DNA of 64,000 nucleotides, taken from assembly GCA_964572255.1 (NCBI GenBank), contig CAZNEE010000001.1, forward strand, positions 203,587 to 267,586, written 5' to 3'. Below the pieces are notes generated by a model. It was not told where the DNA came from and did no database searches. It was given only the letters and a program-made list of their open reading frames with translations. Both the position numbers and the translations under genes were made by a program. The DNA comes from an uncultured Planctomycetia bacterium. GTDB taxonomy: Bacteria > Omnitrophota > Gorgyraeia > Tantalellales > Tantalellaceae. This document shows, in pieces, positions 37,621 to 47,922 of the stretch. Every line of letters starts with the position of its first letter. Positions within the stretch are counted from its first letter, which is position 1.

Positions 37621-38562
37621 ATGAAAAAGTACTTAGTAACAGGCGGCGCGGGGTTCATAGGCTCTAATATCGTGGAAGAGCTTGTAAACCGCGGGGAAAA
37701 TGTGCGCGTACTTGATAACCTGTCTACGGGGAAGGAAGAGCACCTTACGCCTTTCATGGGAAAAATAGACTTCCAAAAAGGTGACATACGCAATGAGGAA
37801 GATACAAGAAAAGCGCTTGAAGGAATAGACTATGTCATCCATCAGGCAGCCCTTCGCAGTGTCGCAAAAAGCGTCGAACAGCCTATTCCCAATAATGATG
37901 TAAATGTCAACGGTACACTTAATGTATTAATGCTTTCAAAGGAGATGGGCATTAAAAGGGTTGTTTACGCATCTTCAAGTTCCGCTTACGGAGATGTTGA
38001 TGAGTTCCCTGAAAAGGAAACAATGACGCCAAACCCTATATCTCCGTACGCGGTAAGCAAACTCGCGGGAGAATATTACTGCCGGATGTTCAGCGCTACT
38101 TACGGCCTGGAAACGGTAAGTTTAAGGTATTTTAACGTATTTGGGCCGAGGCAGAATCCGGAATCTAAATATTCTGCCGTTATCCCTGCTTTTATCTCAC
38201 AGCTTGTGCAGGATAAACCTTGCATGATAGATGGAGACGGAGAGCAATCAAGGGACTTTACATATGTTAAAAATGTTGTGGATGCCAACCTTGCCGCATG
38301 TGAAGTTCACGGGATTTCAGGCAAGGTCTTCAATGTTGCGTGCGGGGAGAGTTATTCAGTCACGGACACTGCCGAAGGCATCAAGAAAATACTCGGCAAG
38401 GACATAGAATCTATACATGGCCCCAAAAGGCCGGGAGATGTTTTTAAAACATACGCTGATATAAGCGGACTAAGAGATGTTCTTCATGTAGAACCAAAGG
38501 TTGGTTTTTATGAAGGATTAGAAAAAACCGTAGATTGGTTTGTTAATAGCTACAAGCCCTAA
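37621..38562 (+). CDS. NAD-dependent nucleotide-sugar epimerase/dehydratase (UDP-GlcNAc/Glc 4-epimerase-like)
   Basis: VTGGAGFIGSN and YAVSKLAGE (YxxxK). GAAAAG RBS upstream. Confidence 0.8.
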   Translation: MKKYLVTGGAGFIGSNIVEELVNRGENVRVLDNLSTGKEEHLTPFMGKIDFQKGDIRNEEDTRKALEGIDYVIHQAALRSVAKSVEQPIPNNDVNVNGTLNVLMLSKEMGIKRVVYASSSSAYGDVDEFPEKETMTPNPISPYAVSKLAGEYYCRMFSATYGLETVSLRYFNVFGPRQNPESKYSAVIPAFISQLVQDKPCMIDGDGEQSRDFTYVKNVVDANLAACEVHGISGKVFNVACGESYSVTDTAEGIKKILGKDIESIHGPKRPGDVFKTYADISGLRDVLHVEPKVGFYEGLEKTVDWFVNSYKP

Positions 38563-38567
38563 CAACT

Positions 38568-40262
38568 ATGAAAGATACGTATATACTTGGGATCTCAGCT
38601 TTTTATCATGATTCTGCCGCGGCGCTTCTAAAAAACGGCGAGATCATAGCGGCAGCGCAGGAGGAGAGGTTCACCCGAAAGAAACATGATCCATCCTTCC
38701 CCTCAAAGGCTATTGAATACTGCCTGAAAGAGGCAGGGATAAGCGTTAATGATGTTTATATTGCGGCGTTTTACAATAAGCCTGACAGTATTTTAAAAAA
38801 GATTCTTTTGGAGAGGTATATACGTACCGAATTAGGATACGGCGGTTTGGTAACATTTTCTAAAAAGCATCACTCGCATGCCGCAAGTGCGTTTTACCCG
38901 TCACCTTATAATAACGCGGCTGTTCTTACGATCGAAGGAATGGAAAAAGACACCTCTTCAAGTTTTGGCTTTGGCAGAGGAAACAGGATAAAGATCTACC
39001 GCAATATGAAATTCCCCCATTCATTGGGGCTTCTGTATTCCGCGTTTACGCGCTACTGCGGTTTTAAGATAAAGTCAGGTGAATATAAGCTCATGGGCCT
39101 TGCCGCGTACGGCAAACCCAGATATGCGGATGTTATCCTTAAAAATCTGATAGATCTTAAAGAAGACGGATCTTTCAAGCTTAACTTAAAATATTTCGAT
39201 CACAGAAACGAACAAACTTTGCTTAATGAAAGGTTTGAGGAACTGTTTGGAGGCGTTCCCAGAAGGCCTGAGGGCAAGCTAGAACAAAAATACATGGATC
39301 TGGCCCGTTCGGTCCAGGTTGTTACTGAAATGGCGATCATGAATATGGTAAAAAGCCTTCATAGAAAGACCGGCCTGGAAAACCTTTGTTTATCCGGTGC
39401 GTTAGCTCTTAATTGTGTTTCAAACAGTAAAGTGTTAAAAGATGGCCCCTTCAGGAATACATGGATACAACCGGCTTCGTCGGATGCCGGAGGCGCGGTT
39501 GGCGCGGCTTTTATCGCTTGGCATGAGTGTTTAGAAAAAAAGAGAGAAGTTAAAAATAACAAGGATGGACAAAAGGGCAGTTTCCTGGGGCCGGAGTTTT
39601 CCGATGAGGAAGTCGAGAAATTCTTGATCGCGAAAGGAATAACTTTTAAAAGATTTGAGCGTAATAAACTTTTGGAAATTGTTTCAAATTTACTTGCGGA
39701 CAAAAAAGTGGTGGGCTGGTTTCAGGGAAGGATGGAATTCGGGCCAAGAGCGCTCGGGTCAAGAAGCATTATAGCTGACCCAAGGTCTAAGGAAATGAAA
39801 TCTATCATCAATGACAGGATAAAATTCAGGGAATCATTCAGACCCTTTGCCCCAAGTGTGCTTTTAGAAAGCGCGGAAGAATATTTTGAACTGGATCAGG
39901 AAGACCCATACATGCTTTTAACATCTTCCGTGAGAAAGGATGCAAAGATCCCGTCAGTAACACATGTGGATAATTCATCAAGAGTACAAACGGTAAAAAG
40001 GGAAGACAATCCTCTTTATTATGATCTAATAAAAAAGTTCCACGAAGTACATGGTTGCCCGGTCGTAATAAACACTTCGTTCAATACCAGGGGGGAACCT
40101 ATAGTATGCACCCCGGATGATGCTTATAAATGTTTCATGGAAACGGACATCGATTGTCTTGTTATGGGTTCATTCATCGTAGAGAAGGATAAACAGCGCG
40201 TAAAAGAGCGAAAGAAGGAGAAAAGATGCGTATACTACTTACAGGTGGAGCAGGATTTTTAG
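38568..40262 (+). CDS. NodU/CmcH-family O-carbamoyltransferase
   Basis: N-terminus [36 protein letters not shown] and C-terminal YcaO-like nucleotide-binding region are typical of the carbamoyltransferase family. Confidence 0.85.
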   Translation: MKDTYILGISAFYHDSAAALLKNGEIIAAAQEERFTRKKHDPSFPSKAIEYCLKEAGISVNDVYIAAFYNKPDSILKKILLERYIRTELGYGGLVTFSKKHHSHAASAFYPSPYNNAAVLTIEGMEKDTSSSFGFGRGNRIKIYRNMKFPHSLGLLYSAFTRYCGFKIKSGEYKLMGLAAYGKPRYADVILKNLIDLKEDGSFKLNLKYFDHRNEQTLLNERFEELFGGVPRRPEGKLEQKYMDLARSVQVVTEMAIMNMVKSLHRKTGLENLCLSGALALNCVSNSKVLKDGPFRNTWIQPASSDAGGAVGAAFIAWHECLEKKREVKNNKDGQKGSFLGPEFSDEEVEKFLIAKGITFKRFERNKLLEIVSNLLADKKVVGWFQGRMEFGPRALGSRSIIADPRSKEMKSIINDRIKFRESFRPFAPSVLLESAEEYFELDQEDPYMLLTSSVRKDAKIPSVTHVDNSSRVQTVKREDNPLYYDLIKKFHEVHGCPVVINTSFNTRGEPIVCTPDDAYKCFMETDIDCLVMGSFIVEKDKQRVKERKKEKRCVYYLQVEQDF

Positions 40263-41176
40263 GGTCACATCTGGCCGACAGGCTCATTGAGGACGGGCAT
40301 CAGGTAATTTGTATGGATAACCTTCTGACGGGGACCATCAGGAACGTATCGCATCTGGCGGGACATCCGCAGTTTGAGTTTATCAAGCAGGATGTCTGTA
40401 AGTACATATTCATAAAAGGAGAGGTGGATTATGTTCTTCATTTCGCATCTCCCGCAAGCCCTATAGATTATCTTGATCATCCCATTAAAACTCTTAAAGT
40501 CGGTTCTTTAGGCACGCATAACGCTTTGGGCCTGGCCAAGGAAAAGAACGCGAAATTTCTTCTGGCTTCCACATCTGAAGTATACGGAGACCCGTTAGTT
40601 AACCCCCAGCCCGAGACATACTGGGGCAATGTCAATCCGGTAGGGCCAAGAGGGGTTTATGATGAAGCAAAACGTTTCGCGGAAGCTATCACACTCGCTT
40701 ATCACAGAACACATGGAGTAGATGCGAAGATAGTCCGCATTTTCAATACATACGGCAGCCGCATGCGTCATCATGACGGAAGGGTAGTACCTGCTTTCAT
40801 TGATGAATGCTTGGATAATGAGCCAATCACGGTCTTCGGCGATGGCTCCCAGACAAGAAGCTTTTGCTACGTATCCGATCTTGTTGAAGGTATAGTGAGA
40901 CTCATGGATTCCGATCTCAATGAGCCTGTAAATATAGGCAATCCCGATGAAATGACCGTTATGAATTTTGCTGAAAAAGTGAAGAAACTTACCGGAAGCA
41001 CGAGTGAGATCATATTTAAAGATCTGCCTGTAAACGACCCCAAGATCAGAAGGCCGGATATCACGAAAGCAAAAAAAGAACTTAACTGGGAACCTAAAGT
41101 GACTCTTGAAGAGGGCTTAAAGAAGACGGTAGAATGGTTCAGAAAAGAAAGAGAAACAGTAAAAGAAGGAAAATAA
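40226..41176 (+). CDS. UDP-glucuronate decarboxylase (UDP-xylose synthase, UXS)
   Basis: [20 protein letters not shown] ... ICMDNLLTG ... TSEVYGDP ... YDEAKR is diagnostic of the UXS/ArnA-decarboxylase subfamily. Confidence 0.8.
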   Translation: MRILLTGGAGFLGSHLADRLIEDGHQVICMDNLLTGTIRNVSHLAGHPQFEFIKQDVCKYIFIKGEVDYVLHFASPASPIDYLDHPIKTLKVGSLGTHNALGLAKEKNAKFLLASTSEVYGDPLVNPQPETYWGNVNPVGPRGVYDEAKRFAEAITLAYHRTHGVDAKIVRIFNTYGSRMRHHDGRVVPAFIDECLDNEPITVFGDGSQTRSFCYVSDLVEGIVRLMDSDLNEPVNIGNPDEMTVMNFAEKVKKLTGSTSEIIFKDLPVNDPKIRRPDITKAKKELNWEPKVTLEEGLKKTVEWFRKERETVKEGK

Positions 41177-41179
41177 CTC

Positions 41180-42163
41180 ATGGCAAAGAAAAAAGCGTTA
41201 ATAACGGGTATAACGGGGCAGGACGGAAGCTATCTTGCGGAATACCTGCTTGAACTCGGGTATGAAGTGCACGGTATGGTTAGGAGAGTTGCTTTAGAGG
41301 ATCAGGCTCATAGATTATCCAGAATACAACATATTTTAGATCGTATTAAACTGCATTGCGGGTCATTGGAAAGTTATCCAAGCATTTTTAAAATAGTTAG
41401 CAAAATTAAACCCGATGAATGCTATCATTTGGCAGCTCAAAGTTTTGTGACTTATTCATTTGAGGATGAATTTTCGACCTTGAATAATAATATAAATGGG
41501 ACACATTTTGTCTTGTCTTCTGTTAATAATGCTGCGCCGGAGTGTAAAGTGTACTTTGCTGCTTCAAGTGAAATGTTTGGCAAGGTTGAAGAAGTGCCAC
41601 AAAAAGAAACTACAAGATTTCATCCCAGGAGCATATACGGGATTTCAAAAGAAGCCGGATTCGAACTAACACGCAATTATCGTGAAGCATATAATGTGTA
41701 TGCATGTAGTGGGATTCTGTTTAATCATGAGTCCCCGAGGAGAGGGTTTGAGTTCGTAACAAGGAAGATCACTTCTACGGCGGCTCAGATAAAGCTGGGT
41801 ATGGCCGATAAACTTTACCTGGGCAATTTAGAAGCTAAAAGGGATTGGGGCCATGCAAAAGAATATGTAAAGGCGATGCATGCGATGCTTCAACAAGACA
41901 AAGCAGATGATTTTGTAATTGGGACAGAAGAGACGCATTCTGTAAAAGAATTTGCCGAAGTGGCTTTTAAAACACTTGATTTAGATTACCGTAAGTATGT
42001 TGAGGTTGATAAAACATTTTATAGACCGGCTGAAGTAGAGTTGTTAATAGCAGACACTTCTAAGGCTAAAAAAGAACTTGGATGGAATTATAAGATAAAA
42101 TTTGAACAATTAGTTGAGGAAATGGTCAAGGCTGACTATGAATACTATAAGGAAAAAATATAA
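41180..42163 (+). CDS. gmd: GDP-mannose 4,6-dehydratase
   Basis: KALITGITGQDGSYLAEYLLELGYEVHGMVRR and YGISKEAG are classic Gmd motifs. Confidence 0.9.
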   Translation: MAKKKALITGITGQDGSYLAEYLLELGYEVHGMVRRVALEDQAHRLSRIQHILDRIKLHCGSLESYPSIFKIVSKIKPDECYHLAAQSFVTYSFEDEFSTLNNNINGTHFVLSSVNNAAPECKVYFAASSEMFGKVEEVPQKETTRFHPRSIYGISKEAGFELTRNYREAYNVYACSGILFNHESPRRGFEFVTRKITSTAAQIKLGMADKLYLGNLEAKRDWGHAKEYVKAMHAMLQQDKADDFVIGTEETHSVKEFAEVAFKTLDLDYRKYVEVDKTFYRPAEVELLIADTSKAKKELGWNYKIKFEQLVEEMVKADYEYYKEKI

Positions 42164-42186
42164 AAATGTTAAATGACGAGGTTTAA

Positions 42187-43326
42187 ATGGTGAAGGGGAC
42201 TAAAATGCAGATACCATTATTGGATCTTAAAGCTCAATATCAGACCATAAAGAATGAAGTCGATGAAGCTATTAAACGTGTAGTTGAAAGCCAGTATTTT
42301 ATTCTGTCTGAAGAAGTTGAGAGGTTAGAAAATGAGGTTGCTGCATATACGGGGGCAAGATCCGGAGCAGGTGTCGCTTCGGGAACGGATGCGCTTATAC
42401 TTGCTCTCCATGCTGTAGGCATTAGAAAAGGCGACAGGGTCATAACTACACCCTTTACTTTTTTTGCGACAGGGGAAGCCATTTCTGTTTTAGGCGCCAT
42501 CCCAACTTTTGTTGACATAGACCCGGGAACTTATAATATCGATCCTGATAAGATAGAGGAATTATTAAAGGGCATGAACGAAAAGGAGCGCAAGGCAATA
42601 AAGGCGATAATCCCGGTACATATTTACGGTCAGTGTGCGGATATGACCCGCATAATGGAGATAGCTAAAAAATATGACCTTAAAGTAATTGAAGACTGTG
42701 CTCAGGCCATAGGCGCATTACACAACGGCAAAAAAGCCGGAAGTTTCGGAGATGCCGGATGCTTAAGCTTTTTCCCGAGCAAAAACCTTGGAGGATTCGG
42801 GGACGGGGGAATGGTGGTTTCCGGCGACCAGGGTTTGACTGACCGCATCAAAAAGCTGCGGGTACATGGAAGCACAAAACAATACATACATGAGGAAATA
42901 GGGTATAATTCCAGGCTTGATAGCCTGCAGGCGGCTGTTCTTAGGGTCAAATTGAAAAAATTGGATGAGTGGCTCCAAGACCGAAGAAATATCGCTAAGA
43001 AATATGATGAAGCGCTTGCGCCGTTAGGGATTATAGTGCCAAAAGTAGCTGAAGGCAATGTTCACACCTATCATCAATACACGATCGCTTTAGAGAAAAG
43101 AGACGGTCTCCTGAAGCATCTTAATGATAACGGCATTGCGGTACGTGTTTATTACCCGGTACCTTTGCATATGCAGCCGTGTTATAAGGACCTGGGTTAT
43201 TCCAAGGGAAGTATACCCATTGCGGAAGAAAGGTCGGAAAAGATCCTTTCCCTGCCTGCTTATTCCGAACTGACCGACGAAAAGGTTGCTTATATAATCG
43301 ATACGGTTAAAGATTTCTTAAAGTAA
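42187..43326 (+). CDS. DegT/DnrJ/EryC1-family PLP aminotransferase (candidate GDP-4-keto-6-deoxymannose 4-aminotransferase / perosamine synthase)
   Basis: IPLLDLKAQY N-terminus. PLP-lysine region FFPSKNLGGFGDGG. Immediately downstream of gmd. Alternative start at ATG 42205. Confidence 0.8.
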   Translation: MVKGTKMQIPLLDLKAQYQTIKNEVDEAIKRVVESQYFILSEEVERLENEVAAYTGARSGAGVASGTDALILALHAVGIRKGDRVITTPFTFFATGEAISVLGAIPTFVDIDPGTYNIDPDKIEELLKGMNEKERKAIKAIIPVHIYGQCADMTRIMEIAKKYDLKVIEDCAQAIGALHNGKKAGSFGDAGCLSFFPSKNLGGFGDGGMVVSGDQGLTDRIKKLRVHGSTKQYIHEEIGYNSRLDSLQAAVLRVKLKKLDEWLQDRRNIAKKYDEALAPLGIIVPKVAEGNVHTYHQYTIALEKRDGLLKHLNDNGIAVRVYYPVPLHMQPCYKDLGYSKGSIPIAEERSEKILSLPAYSELTDEKVAYIIDTVKDFLK

Positions 43327-43339
43327 ACTCATCATTCGC

Positions 43340-44047
43340 ATGGATCTTTCTATCATAATCCCCGCATATAACGAAGAGAAGCGTTTAGGCCCGACTTTGG
43401 AGAAGATCCGGGCCTTCATGGAGGGCAAGGACACCTCTTATGAGGTAATTGTTGTTGCCGACGGAAGTGAAGACCGTACAAGAGAAGTGGCGGAAGAAAG
43501 CCTTTTGGCGAAAGAAGGACATATTACCACTTTAAAGAACAGAAAAACAAGAGGGAAGGGGTATGCTATTGAAAGAGGTGTGAGGGTAGCTGACGGCGAT
43601 CTAATTCTATTTACGGACGCTGACCTTTCAACTCCGATAGAAGAAATTGATAAATTGATAAGAAGTATCAAAAATGGAGCGGATATCGCTATCGGGTCCA
43701 GATCAATAAATACATCGGAAGTCTTGACCAGACAGCCCTTTTATCGTCAGACCATGGGGAAGGCGTTTAATCTGCTTATTCGTTTAATACTTGGTCAGAA
43801 ATTTAAAGACACCCAATGCGGTTTTAAATTATTCAAAAAGGATACAGCTAAGGTGCTTTTCAAGCAAATAAAAATACCGGGCTTTGCTTTTGACGCGGAG
43901 ATCATCTACCTTGCACTTAGGAACGGCTTTAAAGTAGACGAAGTGGGCGTGAAGTGGTTAAATTCTGCCGAGAGTAAGGTGCATCCCGTTTTTTCTTCTT
44001 TGCAGATGCTGCGTGATGTTATCAGGGTAAGGTTCATTCATAGGTAG
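43340..44047 (+). CDS. GT2 polyprenyl-phosphate glycosyltransferase (DPM1/ArnC/GtrB-like)
   Basis: LSIIIPAYNEE ... VVADGSEDRT ... TDADLS DXD region. 235 aa. Confidence 0.8.
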   Translation: MDLSIIIPAYNEEKRLGPTLEKIRAFMEGKDTSYEVIVVADGSEDRTREVAEESLLAKEGHITTLKNRKTRGKGYAIERGVRVADGDLILFTDADLSTPIEEIDKLIRSIKNGADIAIGSRSINTSEVLTRQPFYRQTMGKAFNLLIRLILGQKFKDTQCGFKLFKKDTAKVLFKQIKIPGFAFDAEIIYLALRNGFKVDEVGVKWLNSAESKVHPVFSSLQMLRDVIRVRFIHR

Positions 44048-44056
44048 AATAAGCAT

Positions 44057-45757
44057 ATGAGATCGATCTTAAAAGGTAATTTTTTACTAGTTATCATTAT
44101 TTTACTCGGGATAGTCCTGAGGATCTGGGGGCTCGGGTTTGGCCTTCCAAATCAATTTCATCAGGATGAGCCGATAGTCGTCAATCATGCGCTTGCTTAC
44201 GGGACAGGCGACCTAAACCCGCATTTTTTTATCATTCCGCCGCTTACTTCTTATATTTTGTTTTTTTTCTACGCTATTTACTTTCTAATGGGATCTCTTA
44301 TCGGCAAGTTCACGGGAGCTGAGTCTTTCGCTTTAAGTTTTTTCAGCGACCCCACATCTTTTTACTTAATGGGCAGATTTCTTATCGGGGTCATTCCGAG
44401 CATATTAAGTGTTTATCTCGTATATCGTTTAGCTTGTAAGTTTTTCTCTAGAGAAGCAGCGGTTTATTCGGCTTTTGTGGCGGCGATTGCGTTCTTAAAT
44501 GTTGTTAATGCGCATTATATTTATACAGACAACCTTTTGGTATTATTTATATTACTTTCGTATATCGCTATGGCAAATCTGATCGAAAGGGGAAGGCTAA
44601 AAGATTATATCTTGTCAGGCATTTTGATAGGGATCGCTACAGCTGTTAAGTATAACGCAGCATTACTCGTCGCGCCTTTTTTCATTTCGCATCTATTGGT
44701 AAATAAAGGAGATAATAGAAATAAACTTTTCGACTCAAAACTTTTTGTTTTTGCCGGAGTCGTGGCGTTAACATTTATCATTTGTAATCCTTATTCTGTT
44801 TTGGACTGGAAGTTTTTCTTAGGTTCCGTTACCGGTAAAATAAGGCATGGATATCTTGGCTGGAGCCATCATATCACATATTCGATGTTCGAAGGGGTAG
44901 GCATTATGCCGACACTTTTAGGAATAATAGGACTTGGAGCTGTTTTGGGGAAAAAGTTCAAAGAAACCTTATTTTTAATATCGTTTCCGGCTGTTTTTTA
45001 TATTCATCTGATCTTTGCCAGCCAGCCGTTTTCAAGATACGTTCTTGTTTTGATTCCTTTTACGGCCATGTATTCGGGATTTTTGCTGTTCGACTACATT
45101 TATCCGAGATCTGAGCGCAAAATCTTAAAATTATCAGTTGTAGCAATTGCGGTTTTAACGATTTTACCGACAACGGTTAAATCCATTAAGGCGGACATGC
45201 TTTTTTCAGGGGAAGATACGCGCGTGATAGCGGCTGACTGGATCAAGGCAAATGTTCCCCCCGGCACTAAGATCGCTTTTGATTCGGTTTTCTTTGCGCC
45301 TGCGGTTAGCCAAACGCTAGAGCAGCTGGAAAGTAAAAGAGAGATCTTAACGAGACAGCCTGAGCTAAAGGGCCTGAAGGGAAGAAAACTGGATCTCCAG
45401 ATCAAAGCTTTCAAGGAAGATAAAACGTACCGGATCTATTATCTCGGGGAAGATACCGAAGTGACCGGACAGTTTTTAAGCTATTGGCCCGCGATTGAAA
45501 GTTCCTCAGCTGACTTGAAAAAATATGAGATAGAATACGTGGTTTTTAATAATATGACCATGTCAGAAAGAATAAAAGATCTGCATAAGGAAATAGCCGA
45601 AAAAATCAAACCGGAAAAGGTGTTCAGCCCATACAAGGATGGGAATTTCAGGCGATCTTACGATGAGACAGCCATGACATGTATTCCCGCCAAAGACAAG
45701 GAGCTGTTTTCAAGAACAAGAACAGGCCCAGCTATTATTATTTACAAGGTAGAATAA
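44057..45757 (+). CDS. GT-C glycosyltransferase, family 39 (ArnT/PMT-like, PMT_2 domain)
   Basis: LRIWGLGFGLPNQFHQDEPIVVNHA N-terminal loop motif. More than 10 TM helices. 566 aa. Confidence 0.75.
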   Translation: MRSILKGNFLLVIIILLGIVLRIWGLGFGLPNQFHQDEPIVVNHALAYGTGDLNPHFFIIPPLTSYILFFFYAIYFLMGSLIGKFTGAESFALSFFSDPTSFYLMGRFLIGVIPSILSVYLVYRLACKFFSREAAVYSAFVAAIAFLNVVNAHYIYTDNLLVLFILLSYIAMANLIERGRLKDYILSGILIGIATAVKYNAALLVAPFFISHLLVNKGDNRNKLFDSKLFVFAGVVALTFIICNPYSVLDWKFFLGSVTGKIRHGYLGWSHHITYSMFEGVGIMPTLLGIIGLGAVLGKKFKETLFLISFPAVFYIHLIFASQPFSRYVLVLIPFTAMYSGFLLFDYIYPRSERKILKLSVVAIAVLTILPTTVKSIKADMLFSGEDTRVIAADWIKANVPPGTKIAFDSVFFAPAVSQTLEQLESKREILTRQPELKGLKGRKLDLQIKAFKEDKTYRIYYLGEDTEVTGQFLSYWPAIESSSADLKKYEIEYVVFNNMTMSERIKDLHKEIAEKIKPEKVFSPYKDGNFRRSYDETAMTCIPAKDKELFSRTRTGPAIIIYKVE

Positions 45758-47922
45758 TGAAGCCTTTTAAGCATTCTGGATTTACATTAGCGTTTTTATT
45801 CACCATAGGTATTTTTCTATTCCCCCTTATATCTATGCGCGCGTCTTTTATCTATGGCGATAATCTCGTTCAATTTTACCCCTGGTTCAAGATCTACGCT
45901 GATTCAATAAAGCACCTGCAGCTTCCTTTCTGGACAACCTTTATGCAGAGCGGATTTCCCTTAATGGCCGAAGGGCAGGTAGGCGGATGGTATCCGTTAA
46001 ATATGCTGATGTTCTTCCTGCTTCCCTTTAGAATAGCTTACAATTATTCAATCATCCTGCATTTTATCTTGGGAGGGGTTTTTACATACTTTTATTCACG
46101 CAGGGTAGGGGCAGATGAGGCAGGCGGATATCTTGCGGCGCTTCTTTTTTGCTTTGGAAGTGCTTACGCCGGGTGTTTTTACAATATCATAACCTTAAGA
46201 ACCCTTGCGTGGTTTCCGCTTGTTCTTTTGCTGTTTGAAATATATTTGGATAAACGCAAAATATCCTACATGTTTTTAGCGGGATTAGTAGCGGGGTTCC
46301 AGCTATTGGCGGGATTCATCCAGGTTGCGGCATACAGCGTATTGTTTTATTTAGCGTATTTTATTTATACGTCAAGCTTGAGAAAAATAGATGCCGCAAA
46401 AACACTATTTTCAACCGGCACCTTTCTTTTAACGGCTTTTATTGTTTCCCTGCCGCAGCTTATGCTCACCTTTCAGCTGGCTAACCTATCGAGCAGGGAA
46501 GGGGCGACTTTGGGTTTCGCTTTATGGGGGTCTCTTTCTCCGATCAAACTTTTGGGTACGGTATTTCCGTATTTTGTTTTAAAAGGGACGACTTTTTATA
46601 TAGGGATATTCAGTCTCCTTCTTCTGATAACATCGTTTTACAGCATGAGATCCGATCTCAAGATGCGGCCTTTATTAATGGTATTTTTACTTTCATTTTT
46701 TCTCGCCTTAGGGAAGTATAATCCATTATATTTCTTAGCATTGAAAATAACCCGCTTTTACAGTTTCCGTAATCCGTCAAAGTTCCTGTTCTTCGGCATG
46801 TTTGCGGCATCAGTATTGGCGGGGACAGGGCTTACACGGTTTTTTCGCAGTGATTTTCAAAACAAAAGACCGATCCGGATCTTCAAAGCATTCCTTATCG
46901 CAATGGCGGGCATATTTTTCGCTTTCAAGGCAATAATATTAATATTTGGCGGGAAGCTTATAAAATTCGGGAAGTGGTACGCGATTAATTATATTTACGG
47001 GAAGGATTTTCACAGGCACAGCCTCCAAACATACATGGAAAAGGTCGAGAGTTTTTATGCGGGCCTGGTCCAGAAATCCTCGATCCTGAATCCCTTCATT
47101 TTGACTTCGATCGGCCTGTGTATTATAGCGTTAATTTTTTGCGGATATATTTTACGGAAGAAAAAACCCGCTCCGATCTTCAAGGGCATACTTGTTCTAA
47201 TAATATTTTTGGATCTTTTTGTTTACAGTTTTTACGGGACGGGATTTAGGGGTAATATCCGGAATTTTAATGAGTTAGGACCGGCATATCCTCTTTTATA
47301 TAAAATTGTCGCTAATGATAAGGAGATTTTCAGGATCCTGCCTTATGATGTAGCTTCGGGTAAACTGCCTAACTGGGCGATGCCTAATTCAAATGCTATA
47401 TGGAATATTGACAGTGTCGCGGCTTATTCGCCGCTGGTCTCCGAGAAATACTATAAAAAGTTAAACGGATTGGAAGCCGTCGATAATTCCCTTGGCTTAT
47501 TGACGCCTTCTGAAGGAGCTTTTAGGGATAAGTGGGAAATTTTACGCCTTTTGAACGTGAAATATGTGGTTTCTTCGGAAGAAATTAAAGAACATTTTTT
47601 TGAACGGAACTGGAAAGAAAAAGATATATATATGTATTCACTGAAAAATGCCCTGCCGAGGGGATACGTAATAGCGCACTTACAGGAGCCCTTAAGATTC
47701 ATCGACAAAGATCCAAAGATCACGGAATATAGATCAGGTTATGCAAAGTTCTCACTCGACATAAGAGAAAACGCTTATTTAGTGTTCTCGGAATTCAATT
47801 ATCCGGGTTGGAAAGCGGCAATTGACGGAAAAAAGGCGAAGATCGAGAGCTTTCAAGACATTTTAATGGCAGTGCATGTTCCGAAAGGCGAACACGAAGT
47901 TGAATTTAAATACACCCGTTAA
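45757..47922 (+). CDS. YfhO-family GT-C membrane glycosyltransferase
   Basis: Start ATG shares its A with the upstream TAA (TAATG). N-terminal region IYGDNLVQFYPWFKIYADSIKHLQLPFWTTFMQSGFPLMAEGQVGGWYP is typical of YfhO. The track ORF extends spuriously to 45679. Confidence 0.75.
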   Translation: MKPFKHSGFTLAFLFTIGIFLFPLISMRASFIYGDNLVQFYPWFKIYADSIKHLQLPFWTTFMQSGFPLMAEGQVGGWYPLNMLMFFLLPFRIAYNYSIILHFILGGVFTYFYSRRVGADEAGGYLAALLFCFGSAYAGCFYNIITLRTLAWFPLVLLLFEIYLDKRKISYMFLAGLVAGFQLLAGFIQVAAYSVLFYLAYFIYTSSLRKIDAAKTLFSTGTFLLTAFIVSLPQLMLTFQLANLSSREGATLGFALWGSLSPIKLLGTVFPYFVLKGTTFYIGIFSLLLLITSFYSMRSDLKMRPLLMVFLLSFFLALGKYNPLYFLALKITRFYSFRNPSKFLFFGMFAASVLAGTGLTRFFRSDFQNKRPIRIFKAFLIAMAGIFFAFKAIILIFGGKLIKFGKWYAINYIYGKDFHRHSLQTYMEKVESFYAGLVQKSSILNPFILTSIGLCIIALIFCGYILRKKKPAPIFKGILVLIIFLDLFVYSFYGTGFRGNIRNFNELGPAYPLLYKIVANDKEIFRILPYDVASGKLPNWAMPNSNAIWNIDSVAAYSPLVSEKYYKKLNGLEAVDNSLGLLTPSEGAFRDKWEILRLLNVKYVVSSEEIKEHFFERNWKEKDIYMYSLKNALPRGYVIAHLQEPLRFIDKDPKITEYRSGYAKFSLDIRENAYLVFSEFNYPGWKAAIDGKKAKIESFQDILMAVHVPKGEHEVEFKYTR

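Noticed and set aside
45679-45756. Upstream in-frame extension of the YfhO ORF (track start 45679, MYSRQRQGAVFKNKNRPSYYYLQGRI)
   Set aside because: It lies entirely inside the upstream GT39 gene. The conserved YfhO N-terminus begins at ATG 45757, which is coupled to the TAA of the upstream gene
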